Source: the human T2T-CHM13v2.0 reference genome, Homo sapiens
Strand: one strand, 5' to 3'
Assembly (NCBI RefSeq): GCF_009914755.1
Contig: NC_060925.1
Length of the DNA: 64,000 bases
The notes under the pieces are model-generated. The model was not told the origin of the DNA, made no database searches, and saw nothing but the letters and a program-made list of their open reading frames with translations. A program made the position numbers and the translations under genes. Shown piece after piece: positions 44,101-64,000 of this stretch (its first letter is position 1; every line of letters begins with the position of its first letter).

Positions 44101-45399
44101 TTTAGGTTTTGCTGCTCTTTTGGTTCCATCACAAGGAAATGTTCTCTTAAACCTGTAGAAATAAAAGTATTTTTAATTCTGTAGGACTCCAGGAATAGCC
44201 AGTACCAGCCTGGGTCTTTAAGGTGAACATCAAACTGAACATTAGAAGCATACTAGGAGCTTTTATTATTATAAAGTGATTCAGTGAAGAGTTGAAATAA
44301 GGGAAACATATCACAGGTGGAAGCATGCACATGTACTACAAGTGGCTACACTGCCACAAAATTAACGAGGCTTTTACATTAAGGAAGAATTTTTTAAAAA
44401 GGTTTTAGAAATATGGTGCAGCTTGGAAATTATGTATCACTGATCATTTCTGAATCCAGAAGACAAAGAACTGGGGCATAGGAATTTAACTGGGGGTTTC
44501 CATGCTCTGTGGAGAATAGAATGTGCTGATTCTAACATATTGATCCTGGTTCTTTTGTATACAATCTAATATTCTTTTGAATTCCCATATGGAAGTTGTT
44601 TGAGAGTACAGAGAAAGATAAAAATCTTCAGGTGACTTTATGTCAGTAGTCCAATGGAAATATTAAATAAACTGGGTAGATTATCATGCTAAAAAGCAAA
44701 TGCCAATAAGTGACAATTTTACCTTAAAAAGTAATGTTGTTATATGTTATTTTGAATAAATGTAGTTTATTGAGCTGTGCTTGCCTTATGAAAATCTCAC
44801 CACATTTTTAGCATGATTCCAAAACTTACAAAGCTTCCAATTTTGATTTATTTTATTCAAGTATCTTTATAATAGGAAACAAAATGGCACAGGAGAAATC
44901 ACCATTCCTCTAAATTTAGTGTATCTTTCATTATACATTTTAAAAGCTGTCATTTTTGCTTTATAAATAAATCATTGAGGAATTTGCTGAGAAAATAAAC
45001 TGAGTCACCTAAGCTCTAAGCATAATAGACAAATAGGAATTTAGACCACTGATGACCATGCCATAATCTGAACATTTAATATCAACATCACCACCTAATT
45101 TGGAGCTAAAAATAAATTTTTGAATAAACTTAGTAGCTACTAAGGTTGTTAAAATGTCAGCTTGTGGAACTAATCACACTTTCTGTAGTACAGAGGATGA
45201 ATAAATTTGTAGTTCTTGTGTGTGTTTTTAATTTGTTTGTTTGTTTAACACAGTTATATACCTTTCGTCCTAACATAACATTAAGAACCATACTATTGTA
45301 GAGAATAATTAATCTAATATTATTATCTCAGAAAGGATCCAAGGCTATGGAGATTGTTGTGCTGCAATTATTAACTTGAAAAAAATTATATATAATCTC

Positions 45400-45900
45400 T
45401 ATACTAGAATGTATCTATTGATCTATTTTTAAATTTACTGACTCTTTTCCTTTTCATTTTCGCTCTGTTAAACACAACCAGTGACATTTTTATTTCAGAG
45501 ATTGCAGTTTTCAGTTCTATTATTTTCATCTGGTTCCTTTTTATATTTTATATCTCTCTGCTTAGATTTCCAATCCTTTTATTCATGATGACAATAATTC
45601 CCTTTATATCATAGAATTTAGCTATAAAACTGCTTTAAATTTTTGTTTGCTAATTATAACATCTGGTTCATCTCAGTGTTGATCTCCATTTATTGTATTT
45701 TCTCTTGAAAATGCAGAATATTTTCCTGTCTTATATCCTGAACATGGTTATTGTGATTTCGTGGAGGAATAGAATTCTGTTATATTCATTGAAGAGTCTT
45801 AATTTTTGTTTTAGCCAGCAATTAATATGGTTACATTTATGCCTCAAACTCTGTAGCTTGGAAAGGAACTCAAATCAAAGTTCAGATCTTTTATCCTTGA
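45400..45900 (-). mobile_element. Old L1M (MC/MD-type) fragment, interrupted by MaLR LTRs
   Basis: ttttatttcagagattgcagttttcagttcta and aacatctggttcatctcag motifs. Confidence 0.55.
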
Positions 45901-45905
45901 CTGGG

Positions 45906-46316
45906 TGTATTAGTCTGTTCTCACATTGTTATAAAGAGATACCTGAGACTGGGTAATTTATAAACAAAAGAGGCTTAATTGGCTCACCTTTCTGCAGGCT
46001 GTACAGGAAGTGTAGCAGCTTCTGCTTCTGGGGAGGCCTCAGTAAGCTTCCATTCATGGCAGAAGGCAAAGGGGAAGCAGGCATCTTACCTGGCAGAAGC
46101 AGGAGCGAGAGAGAGAAAGTGAGGGGGAAGGTGCTACACAGTTTCAAACAAACAGGTCTCATGAGAACTACTCACTATCATGAGAACAGCACCAAGGGGA
46201 TACATGAGAAACACCTCTGTGATTCAGTTACGTCCCACCAGGCCCCACTTCCATCCAACATTGAAGATTACAATTTGACATGAGATTTGGGAGGGGACAC
46301 AAATCCAAACATATCA
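45906..46316 (-). mobile_element. MSTA/MSTB solo LTR (MaLR)
   Basis: tgtattagtctgttctcac through aaatccaaacatatca. Perfect 5-bp TSD ctggg. Confidence 0.93.
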
Positions 46317-46512
46317 CTGGGATATTTTGAATCATACGTGCATAGTTCCACAGTCAAAAAAAGATTTCGGCAAATTTTTAAAATAGAATTTACACTACTC
46401 CTCCTTGCCTCTCTTTTCTGGATTTTTTCCAAGACTTTCCAATGACTGTGGTTATTATGCACTTTGTCCCCTGGATCCTAAGGCCAGAAAGGCTGAGGAT
46501 TTGCTATGAGAG

Positions 46513-46900
46513 TGCTATGGTTTGAATGTTTGTTCACTCCAAAACACATGTTGAAATTTAATTGCCATTGAAATGATGTTGGGAGGTGAGACCTTTAGGA
46601 GGTGTTATGTCATGAGGGCAGAGCCTTCATGAGTGAACTAATGCTGTTATTATAAGGGTGGGTTTGTTATTGCAGGAGTGAGTTTGCTCTCTCTTGCTCT
46701 CCCATACTGTCTTTCTCTCTTGCCCTTCTGCGATATGATGCCTTCCACCATTTTAGGACTCAACAATAAGGACTTTACCAGGTACTGGTTTCTCAATCTT
46801 AGGCTTCTCAGCCTTTGGAACTGTGAGCCAATAAATTCTGTTCGTTGTAAATTACCCCATCTGTGGTATTATTAAAGAAGCAAGAAAATGGACTAAAACA
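46513..46900 (+). mobile_element. MSTC/MSTD-like solo LTR (MaLR)
   Basis: tgctatggtttgaatgtttg, aataaa and ggactaaaaca. Confidence 0.85.
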
Positions 46901-48028
46901 CAATCTTAGTTGTCCTGTATGATGTCAACCACAACCATCCTTCTGGCTATAATTATTACCTTCATAAGTTAAATCTTTATTGACAAGTCCACATAGAACC
47001 TATAAACCATAGCTAATGAGTTATTTTTAAATACTGCATTTGTAGGAAACATGATATTTTAAAAGTGACAATAGTTTATCTAAAAATAAAACAATAACTA
47101 GTATAGCTAGTTCTCTAAACTCATAAGAATTCTAAGGTTGGTTTCATTTGTATGGTTAATTTTCTAAAAATGACAGTGGAGTGGATTATTAATAGTTAAA
47201 TTTGATCAGTGCTCTATCTTGAAAAGTTGTATTTTTAATTATGGTGAGTGAAGCAGAACAGAAAGATAGATGACTACAAGAATGATTTCTCCTACCTCTC
47301 TATTATGAAAACAGGTTTGTTAAATTAGATATTTCCTCTTGAAGTGTAGCTATATGCAATCAGTATACCTGAAAAAGCTTAGCAACAATATTTATCTTGG
47401 TTTGAATTCCGGGTGTTAAACAAGTTAGTAAGCCTTTCTTGGCCTCAGTTTCTTTTACAAGCAAATTGGAGTTCTAACCTTTATGCGGGAGCATTTTTAA
47501 ATGATGTACAAAATATAGTCACTATTACAATGCTGGGCACATACTAGCACTGTATTTTATTTTTATATACTTATTGCTTCTTCCAGATAGAGATTAATTA
47601 CAATGAATAATTGTATGATTATTATGGAAAAAAATGAATGAAAGTGCTTCAGATTTCATATTTTGTTCAATATCCCACATATTCAGAAGGGATTAAAAAT
47701 TATTAAATGCAGAATTTCTTAGTCCCATATCATAACTTTAGACTTATGTCTCCCAAATTTTTATTCTTAGTATTTTTTTCTTAGTTCTTTTAGGTAGTCC
47801 TAGTTATTTTTCTTCCTCTATTACATTCCATGATTAATGTAGCTTATAAATTAGAATCTCAGATGAACAAAAATTAATGCTAACTTCAGTTTCAGTTATG
47901 TGTAATTCTAAGGGCCAAAAGAAATGAATAATTTTTGAATATAGAACAGACTTTCTCAACTGGGATACGTTTTTTAAGTAGGTATTATTTATTGAGGTAA
48001 TATTTTGTCTTTTTCTGTACTACATTTT

Positions 48029-49325
48029 AAAATCCTATATTAAAATATAATTGATTACCAAAAACAACACACATTTCATGCATAAAATTTGATGAGTTTG
48101 GACATATGCATATACTTGTGAAACCATCAACAATCAACATAATTAAAATAATAGACATAGTTATTCATTATTTCTAAAAGTTTCCTTTTGCTTTTTTACT
48201 TATTTTTTAATAAGAACACTCAACATTAGATCTACCTTCTTAACAAATTTGAATGTACAATACAGTACTGTAAATACAATACAGTATTTAACTCAAATGA
48301 GAAGTTGTGGTTCAATGGGTATAATTAAGACTTTAAACCCACTGAACCACAATTCCCCATGTTGTTCTTCCCCATCACATGGCAACCACCAATCTATTCT
48401 CTGCTTCTGTGAATAGAGATTTAAATGCATAACCTGAAACTGTAAAACTTCTAGAAGAAGACATAAAACAGAAGCTTCTTGACATTGGTCTTGGCAATGA
48501 TTTCTTGGATATGATACCAAAAGCTCAGGTAATAAAAGCAAAAATGGACAAGTGGGACTACATCAAATGAAAAAGTTCTGCACAGCAATGGAAGCAATGA
48601 ACAGAATGAAAGGAAAGCCTATGGAATGGGAGAAATATTTTCAAACCATATATGTAAGAGGAAATTATTCAAAATATATATAAAAACATTTATAACTCAA
48701 TAACAAAAAAGCAAATAACCTGATTTTTAAACGGGTAAATAGCTTGAATGGACATTTCTCCCAAGAAGACATACAAATGACCAACAGGTATATAAAAAAG
48801 ATCATCAACATGGCTAATCCTCAGGGAAATGTAAATCAGAGTTGCAATAAGATATTATCTCACACCTGTTGATGGCTATTATTTAAAAATGTGTTAATGA
48901 GGATGTAGAAAAATTGGAATCCTTGAACACTCTTGGTAGGAATGTAAAATGGTGCAGCCACTGTGGAAAATACTGTAAAGGTTCCTCAAAAGATTAAAAG
49001 CAGGACTACCATGGGATCCAGAAATCTCACTTCTGGATATTTATCCAAAAGAATTTAAATCATAATAAAAGAGAAATCTGTATTCTCATGCTTGTTGCTA
49101 CATTATTTACAATAGATATGATATAGTAGAAACCCAAGTGTCCTTCAACAGATGAATGGAAAAATAAAATGTGTATTATAATTGAACATTACTCAACCTT
49201 AAACAGATGGAAATCCTACCATTTGTGGTAACATGGATGAACCTGGAGGACCTTATACTAAGTAAAATAAGCCAGTCACAGCAGGAGAAATACTGCATGA
49301 CACCACTTATATGAGATACCTAAAA
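48029..49325 (-). mobile_element. Old L1 (L1MA/L1MB-type) with 5' inversion: 3' end on - strand (48029-48415), inverted upstream piece on + strand (48416-49325)
   Basis: Perfect 13-bp TSD tgtactacatttt at 48016-48028 and 49326-49338. The two pieces are nearly contiguous on the L1 consensus. Confidence 0.85.
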
Positions 49326-50859
49326 TGTACTACATTTTTTGGTGTTTCAGAGAAGGTGACTGGGTATTTTCACAAATATACCGGCATCAAAAATTGATTT
49401 CATGATGGTATTTAACTTTGTGTTTGATTTTATAAATATGAATGTTGAATAAGGCCATTTATAGATTATTCTGATTAACTGATGCATGCTTTACCACTTT
49501 CCAAAGCACTTTCTTAATATATTCATTATTTTCCTTTATGTAAAGAGACACCCTACAGAAACCAGTGAGATATTTTCCCACTACTAAATCTGAACAGTGT
49601 TATGTAATTAACTCAAAGGCAGACATTTCATAAATATGATTGAGATCTTTCTACTTGAACTGTTTATTTATATGCTGTTGTACTTTGTGGAACAAGCAGC
49701 TTTTAAAGCATGAGCCTGAGATTAATTATAAAAGTAGTTTGACATCTTGACTCCTTTCACTAAGGTTTCAAGAAACTGTCTCATTTGATTTTAAAGTACA
49801 AGTCATGAAATTTAAAATGTCTCTCTGGACACTGGATATTTGTTCCGTGAAAATGTGTGGTATTTGTAGGAAGATGTGCCCTATCTCATCAGTCAACATT
49901 ATTTTAGACAGAGTGCTTGCTTTTTCCTGGGTGACACTTATGCCAATTATCCAGAGGAATTCAATTCTCTTCCAGCTGCTTCCAGTTCTTATTTATAGAC
50001 TTGACTCTCTGACAGACCAATCCTAAATATGTAGCTAGTGGTCTAGAAATGTCATCCTCACCTTTACAAGACAAACAATTCTGATAAACACTGCATCTGT
50101 AGCTTCAGAAGTAGTCCGAGCATGGAGAACACAAATGGCGTGGTTTTTTTTTTAACTATATTTTATGATTAAGATACCTTTGAAACATAATCACACACAT
50201 GAAAATACTAGTGATTGAACCAATTTTTATGGCCCTAAAATTGTATGTTATTTTTATCTTTGAAAACACTCACAATTCATAGTAATAACTATTTGCACTC
50301 AAAATAGATTTTTTAAAATCTTAGATTGTCAAACTACAATCATCAGTCTGAATAGTGAGGTAGATAAGTGTTATATTCACTTCTTAAATGTTTATAGTAA
50401 AGCCACTCCAAAATGCCAAGACAACCAATTGAAAAAATAACAGAAATCAGTCAAAATGGATATCCATTGGCCACATAACAGATGTAGACTACTTTATTTC
50501 CTTGATCCATTTTCATAGATTTGACTGAACTAACTTCAAATTTGAGATTTAGGTTTTAGTCTGTGATCACATACACGCGACAATGAGGTTCTGAGAACTT
50601 TGCTGACCTCTATTAATTTCACCAACCATATAATAAAACTTTATGTAGAAATGAAGAAAACCAGATATTCTGGTCAATCTTTTATGTGCCAGTACAAGAC
50701 TGATAATTTAGCTCAATATAGAATCAGAATACCCTTAGGATGTCTATATTATTGTTTGTATAGATGCAGCATTGATATTTAAATGGTTATACAATATTAT
50801 AGCATATGATTTTAATAGGCTAATTGTAAAGAAGCGTTTTTAAAAAATTTTTGCTGAAA

Positions 50860-51060
50860 CTTACGTAGTGTTTCTGTAAGTCTGTGCCATGCACTATTTA
50901 AACATATTGCACATTTTATTTAATCTTCACAAAACTCAAAAACTGTAGATAGGTAGATGTTATATTTTTCCCATTTTACAGAAGAGGAAAAGGCACAGAG
51001 CAGTTAAGTAATTTGCCCAAGTTACACATTGATTAACTCCTAAAACCATGATTCTAACAT
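50860..51060 (-). mobile_element. MIR
   Basis: cccattttacagaagaggaaaaggcacagagcagttaagtaatttgcccaagttacaca. Confidence 0.8.
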
Positions 51061-51216
51061 AAAAAATAGATCTCCAGGTTTACTAAGAATAGTTTTAATA
51101 ATGAAACATCAATAAAGTACTCTCAATTTATTTTAGATTCTTACATATATGTAGAAAGGATAGTAAATATATGATTTGGCTTTTATCTTTGTACAAAATT
51201 AAAAATAATTCATCTG

Positions 51217-57048
<5,832 letters not shown>

Positions 57049-58056
57049 AAAACTGATTCATTTGAATAAACATGCACATTTTTATTTTACTTATTTAGTA
57101 ACTTATTAATTTAGTAAATAACTTATTTTACTTATTTAGTAAGTAACTTCTAAAAGTTAAACCCTAAAGTCATTTTTGGATTAAAAAATGAATAAAATCA
57201 TCATATTAGAACTTTTAAGTTACCTACAAAGAGACATCTAACTTAGCTCTAAGTATTAAAACAGTTGAGGAGAAAAAATAAATGAATTAGAAGAAACGGT
57301 CAAGGACAAAGGTGGGGAGCTAGCCTATCTTATTATCTTAGCATATTTTTTAAGCTCCTTGTATATGGATTCTGATTTAATCTTAAATTAAATTCGTGGC
57401 AGAAGAAATATTATCCTTAGTTCACAAAATAGCAACACGAGACTCAAGGAGATTAAGTGTATCATCCAAATTCACAGAGCTAGAAGATGGCAAAGCCAGG
57501 ATTTGAACATGTTTGACAAAGCCCACAATTATTCTATTCCACTTAACCTCCAGTGAAAGACAACATACATATCATTCAATAGCAAATGTAAGCTCTTCTC
57601 TAGAGCTAAATTTTCCATGGGATTTCTCTTATGAATCTTCTTGTAAGCTGTAATGCATGTAAAAGTAGACAACATCTTTGGCTAATCTTTTATAAATACT
57701 AGTATATAGCAATTGCAATGAATGATTCTTATACCTAACCCTGATAAATGCAGCTACATTACACTATTAAGTCAAGATACATCCGTCTGAGTGGTATGTG
57801 TGGGAGAAAGAAACATGAGGGAAACATAAAGAATACAATTTCTCAAAATAACCAAAAAAATCACTGGGGATGAGGTACAGTTGAAATGATTGTTGAAGGA
57901 TGAATGAGACTTCAGTTACCAGATAGCTAGAGAAAAACATTCACAGGAGAAAAGAAATAAAATATGAACAGCTAAGACAAAAGCATTCCAATATAAAAAT
58001 ATAAATGATTAGTACTATTTTGAATGTTTTATATATTAATTAGTTAACATACATGA

Positions 58057-58370
<314 letters not shown>

Positions 58371-58519
58371 TGAAATTATATAATTTTATGCAGATTTGCT
58401 TATGTGCATTATCTGGGGAAAGGGTATGTAGCTTATGTCAGCTTCCCAAAAGAGTTCATGATGCAAAAGAGAGGGTAAGAATCACTGTGTGCATTGATAC
58501 AGAGAGGCATGATAGTCTG

Positions 58520-58745
58520 GCAGAGTTCATAAGAGGGGAGCTTCTGATCAATAGGGCTACATGGTAGGGTCTGCAGATTGTCTACATTGATGAAGATTGA
58601 GCAAATAGGTAAATATGTTGAAATAATGGGAGGCTGGCTTCTCACTATTGGAGAAGGAAGTTACAAATATGAAAGAGTGAAAGCTAGAATGAACTCTACG
58701 GTGTTGAAATGGAATTAGTGGTATTGGTACAAACACGTAATTTTC
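58520..58745 (+). mobile_element. L1MC-type 3'UTR fragment, continuing on the - strand at ~59350-59500
   Basis: ggcttctcactattggagaaggaagttacaaatatg and gctagaatgaac motifs. Confidence 0.6.
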
Positions 58746-59120
58746 TTTTTTTTAATATATACTTTTATTATACTTTAAGTTCTAGGGTACATGTGCACAA
58801 CGTGCAGGTTTGTTCCATATGTATACATGTGCCATGTTGGTGTGCTGCACCCATTAACTAGTCATTTACATGTGTCATTTACATGTCATTACATGTGTCA
58901 TTAACTAGTCATTTACATGCATGTGTCTTTATATTAGAAGGATTTATAATCCTTTGGGTATATACCCAGAAATGGAATTGCTGGATCAAATGGTATTTCT
59001 GGTTCAAGATCCTTGAGGAATCACCACAACGACTTCCACAATGGTTGAACTAATTTACACTCCCGCCAACAGTGTAAAAGCATTCCTATTTCTCCACATC
59101 CTCTCAAGCATCTGTTGTTT
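58746..59120 (-). mobile_element. Chimeric L1: L1PA4/5-type terminus (58746-58871), templated insertion, then L1PA7-type piece (58917-59120)
   Basis: Terminus has PA5-like aagttctagggtacatgtgcacaacg. Distal piece has PA7-like diagnostics (sense: cagatgc, ggagtgtaaattag, caaggatc, gaaccag, cagcaat). Confidence 0.85.
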
Positions 59121-59383
59121 TATTGGAGTCTTCAGGGAAAAAAAGTGTTTTGTGTCTGTGTGTGTATGTATGTGTGTTTTGGAGGTAAAAATTCTTTCTA
59201 AAGTTCCACTCACTGGTCACATCTCCCTTCACTTCTATAACATTGTGGTTAAATAGTGAAGTACATGGAGTTCAAATATATGGGTTCATAGTTTTGCCTG
59301 GTTTTGCCCCACACTGGATGTAGGACTTCCTTAGTCCTTCTTTGTCTCAGTTATGCTCATTGCTACCAGGGTGATCAGAGCTA

Positions 59384-59490
59384 AATATATACACACATAT
59401 ATATACACAAACACATATGTATACACATACATATATATTTATATATACAAACATATATATACATATCTATATTCATGTCTATATCTATCT
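59384..59490. repeat. (TA/CA)n low-complexity tract
   Basis: Directly visible. Confidence 0.85.
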
Positions 59491-59955
59491 CTACGTATTG
59501 AAAATTACACGTTTGTTCCCTTTACCATTATGTAATGGCCTTCTTTGTCTCTTTTGATCTTTGTTGGTTTAAAGTCTGTTTTATCAGAGACTAGGATTGC
59601 AACCCATGCCTTTTTTTGTTTTCCATTTGCTTGGTAGATCTTCCTCCATCCCTTTATTTTGAGCCTATGTGTGTCTCTGCACGTGAGATGGTCTCCTGAA
59701 CACAGCACACTGATGGGTCTTCACTATCCAATTTGCCAGTCTGTGTCTTTTAATTGGAGCATTTAGCTCATTTACATTTAAGGTTAATATTGTTATGTGT
59801 GAATTTGATCCTGTCATTATGATGTTAGCTGGTTATTTTGCTCGTTAGTTTATGCAGTTTCTTCCTAGCATTGATGGTCTTTACAATTTGGCATGTTTTT
59901 GCAGTGGCTGGTACCAGTTATTCCTTTTCATGTTTAGTGCTTCCTTCAGGAGCAC

Positions 59956-60441
59956 TTATAGGGCAGGCCTGGTGGTGACAAAATCTCTCAGCATTTGTTT
60001 GTCTGTAAAGGATTTTATTTCTCCTTCACTTATGAAGCTTAGTTTGGCTGGATATGAAATTCTGGGTTGAAAATTCTTTTCTTTAAGAATGTTGAATATT
60101 GGCCCCCACTCTCTTCTGGCTTGTAGAGTTTCTGTTGAGAGATCAGCTGTTAGTCTGATGGACTTCCCTTTGTGGGTAACCCGACCTTTCTCTCTGGCTG
60201 CCCTTAACATTTTTTCCTTCATTTCAACTTTGGTGAATCTGACCATTATGTGTCTTGGAGTTGCTCTTCTCGAGGAGTATCTTTGTGGCATTCTTTGTAT
60301 TTCCTGAATTTGAATGTTGGCGTTCCTTGCTAGGTTGGGGAAGTTCTCCTGGATAATATCCTGCAGAGTGTTTTCCAACTTGGTTCCATTCTCCCTGTCA
60401 CTTTCAGGTACACAAATCAGACGTAGATTTGGTCTTTTCAC
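59956..60441 (-). pseudogene. L1 ORF1p remnant (RRM and CTD)
   Basis: KRPNLRLI...LQDIIQENFPNLAR...ARREWG...YPAKLS. Confidence 0.95.
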
Positions 60442-61954
60442 ATCGTCTCATATTTCTTGGAGGCTTTGTTTGTTTCTTTTTATTCTTTTTTTCTCTAAAC
60501 ATCTCTTCTGTCTTCATTTCATTCATTTGATCTTCAATCACTGATACCCTTTCTTCAAGCTGATTGAATCGGCTACTGAAACTTGTGCATTCGTCACATA
60601 GTTCTCATGCCATCGTTTTCGGCTCCATCAGGTCATTTAAGGCCTTCTCTACATTGGTTATTCTAGTTTAAGCCATTCGTCTAATCTTTTTTCAAGATTT
60701 TTAACTTTTAACTATCCTAGATATATATGCGTCCAATACAGGAGCACCCAGATTCATAAAGCAAGTCCTTAGAGACCTACAAACAGACTTAGATTCCCAC
60801 ACAATAATAGTGGGAGACTTTAACACCCCACTGTCAACATGAGACAGATCCACTAGACAGAAAGTTAACAAGGATATCCAGGAATTGAACTCAGCTCTGC
60901 ACCAAGCAGACCTAATAGACATCTACAGAACTTCCACCCCAAATCAACAGAATATACATTCTTCTCAGCACCACATCCCACTTACTCCAAAATTGACCAC
61001 ATAGTTGGAAGTAAAGCACTCCTCAGCAAATGTAAAAGAACGGAAATTATAACAAACTGTCTCTCAGACCACAGTGCAATCAAACTAGAACTCAGGATTA
61101 AGAAACTCACTCAAAACTGCTCAACTACATGGAAACTGAACAACCTGCTCCTGAATGACTACTGGGTACATAACGAAATGAAGGCACAAATAAAGATGTT
61201 CTTTGAAACCAACAAGAACAAAGACACAACATACCAGAATTTTTGGGACACATTTAAAGCAGAGTATAGAGGGAAATTTATAGCACTAAATGCCCACAAG
61301 AGAAAGCAGGAAAGATCTAAAATTAACATCATAACATCACAATTAAAAGAACTAGAGAAGCAAGAGCAAACACATTCAAAAGCTAGCAGAAGGCAAGAAA
61401 TAACCAAGATCAGAGCAGAACTGAAGGAGATAGTGTCACAAAAAAACCCTTCAAAAAATCAATGAATCCAGGAGCTGGTTTTTTGAAAAGATCAACAAAA
61501 TCGATAGACCACTAGCAAGACTAATAAAGAAGAAAAGAGAGAAGAATCAAATAGACACAACAAAAAAGGATAAAGGGGAGATCACCACCAATCCCACAGA
61601 AATACAAATTACCATCAGAGAATACTATAAACACTTCTACGCAAATAAACTAGAAAATCTAGCAGAAATGGATAAATTCCTTGACATATACACCCTCCCA
61701 AGACTAAACCAGGAAGTTGAATCTCTGAAGAGACAAATAACAGGCTCTGAAATTGAGGCAATAATTAATAGCTTACCTACCAAAAAAAGTCCAGGCAAGA
61801 CTGGTTCAACATACTCAAATCAATAAACGTAATCCAGCATATAAACAGAACCAAAGACAAAAACCCATGATTATCTCAATAGATGCAGAAAAGGCCTTTA
61901 AAAAATTCAACAGCCCTTCATGCTAAAAACTCTCAATACATTAGGTATTGATGA

Positions 61955-63559
<1,605 letters not shown>

Positions 63560-64000
63560 TTCCTCAGGGATCTAGAACTAGAAATACCATTTGACCCAGC
63601 CATCCCATTACTGGGTATATACCCAAAGGATTATAAATCATGCGGCTATAAAGACACATGCACATGTATATTTATTGCAGCACTATTCACAATAGCAAAG
63701 ACTTGGAACCAACCCAAATGTCCAACAATGATAGACTGGATTAAGAAAATGTGGCACCTATACACCATGGAATACTATGCAGCCATAAAAAATGATGAGT
63801 TCATGTCCTTTGCAGGGACATGGATGAAGCTGGAAACCAGCATTCTCAGCAAACTAACACAAGAACAGAAAACCAAACACCACATGTTCTCACTCATAAG
63901 TGGAAGTTTAACACAGGGGCACAGGGAGGGGAACATCACACACCAGGGCCTGTGGGGGGTTGGGGGCTAGGGGAGGGATAGCATTAGGAGAAATACCTAA

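Noticed and set aside
57081-57150. Duplicated ttattttacttatttagtaa units, considered along with 58852-58918 as array-like repeats
   Set aside because: AT-rich slippage or repair duplications with no repeat-spacer periodicity. Not CRISPR-like, and the context is eukaryotic.

Overview
AT-rich, repeat-dense primate genomic DNA, most likely an ape or human, judging from L1PA3/4-type 3' ends and AluY. It looks intronic or intergenic, and I could not identify any protein-coding gene with confidence. The long ORFs in the track are decayed L1 ORF1/ORF2 or Alu, L2 and LTR read-throughs. About half of the window is recognisable repeat: 9 Alus, about 12 L1 copies or fragments, L2, MIR, L3, MaLR/ERVL LTRs and hAT MITEs. 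The interest is structural. (1) A ~4.9-kb inversion (~58.9-63.8 kb) between two oppositely oriented L1s, shown by one target-site duplication (TSD) now split into inverted copies and by reciprocal L1PA4/5-L1PA7 chimeras. (2) Three 5'-inverted (twin-primed) L1s. One is only 5'UTR plus the last ~160 nt, and its target-site ATG is fused in frame to ORF0. (3) Several templated-insertion or fold-back repair scars. (4) Two weak candidate exon loci on the + strand (357-387, and 36636-36680 plus 36761-36850). Subfamily calls come from remembered diagnostic positions, and old-repeat boundaries are approximate. No novel biological system can be supported from the sequence alone.
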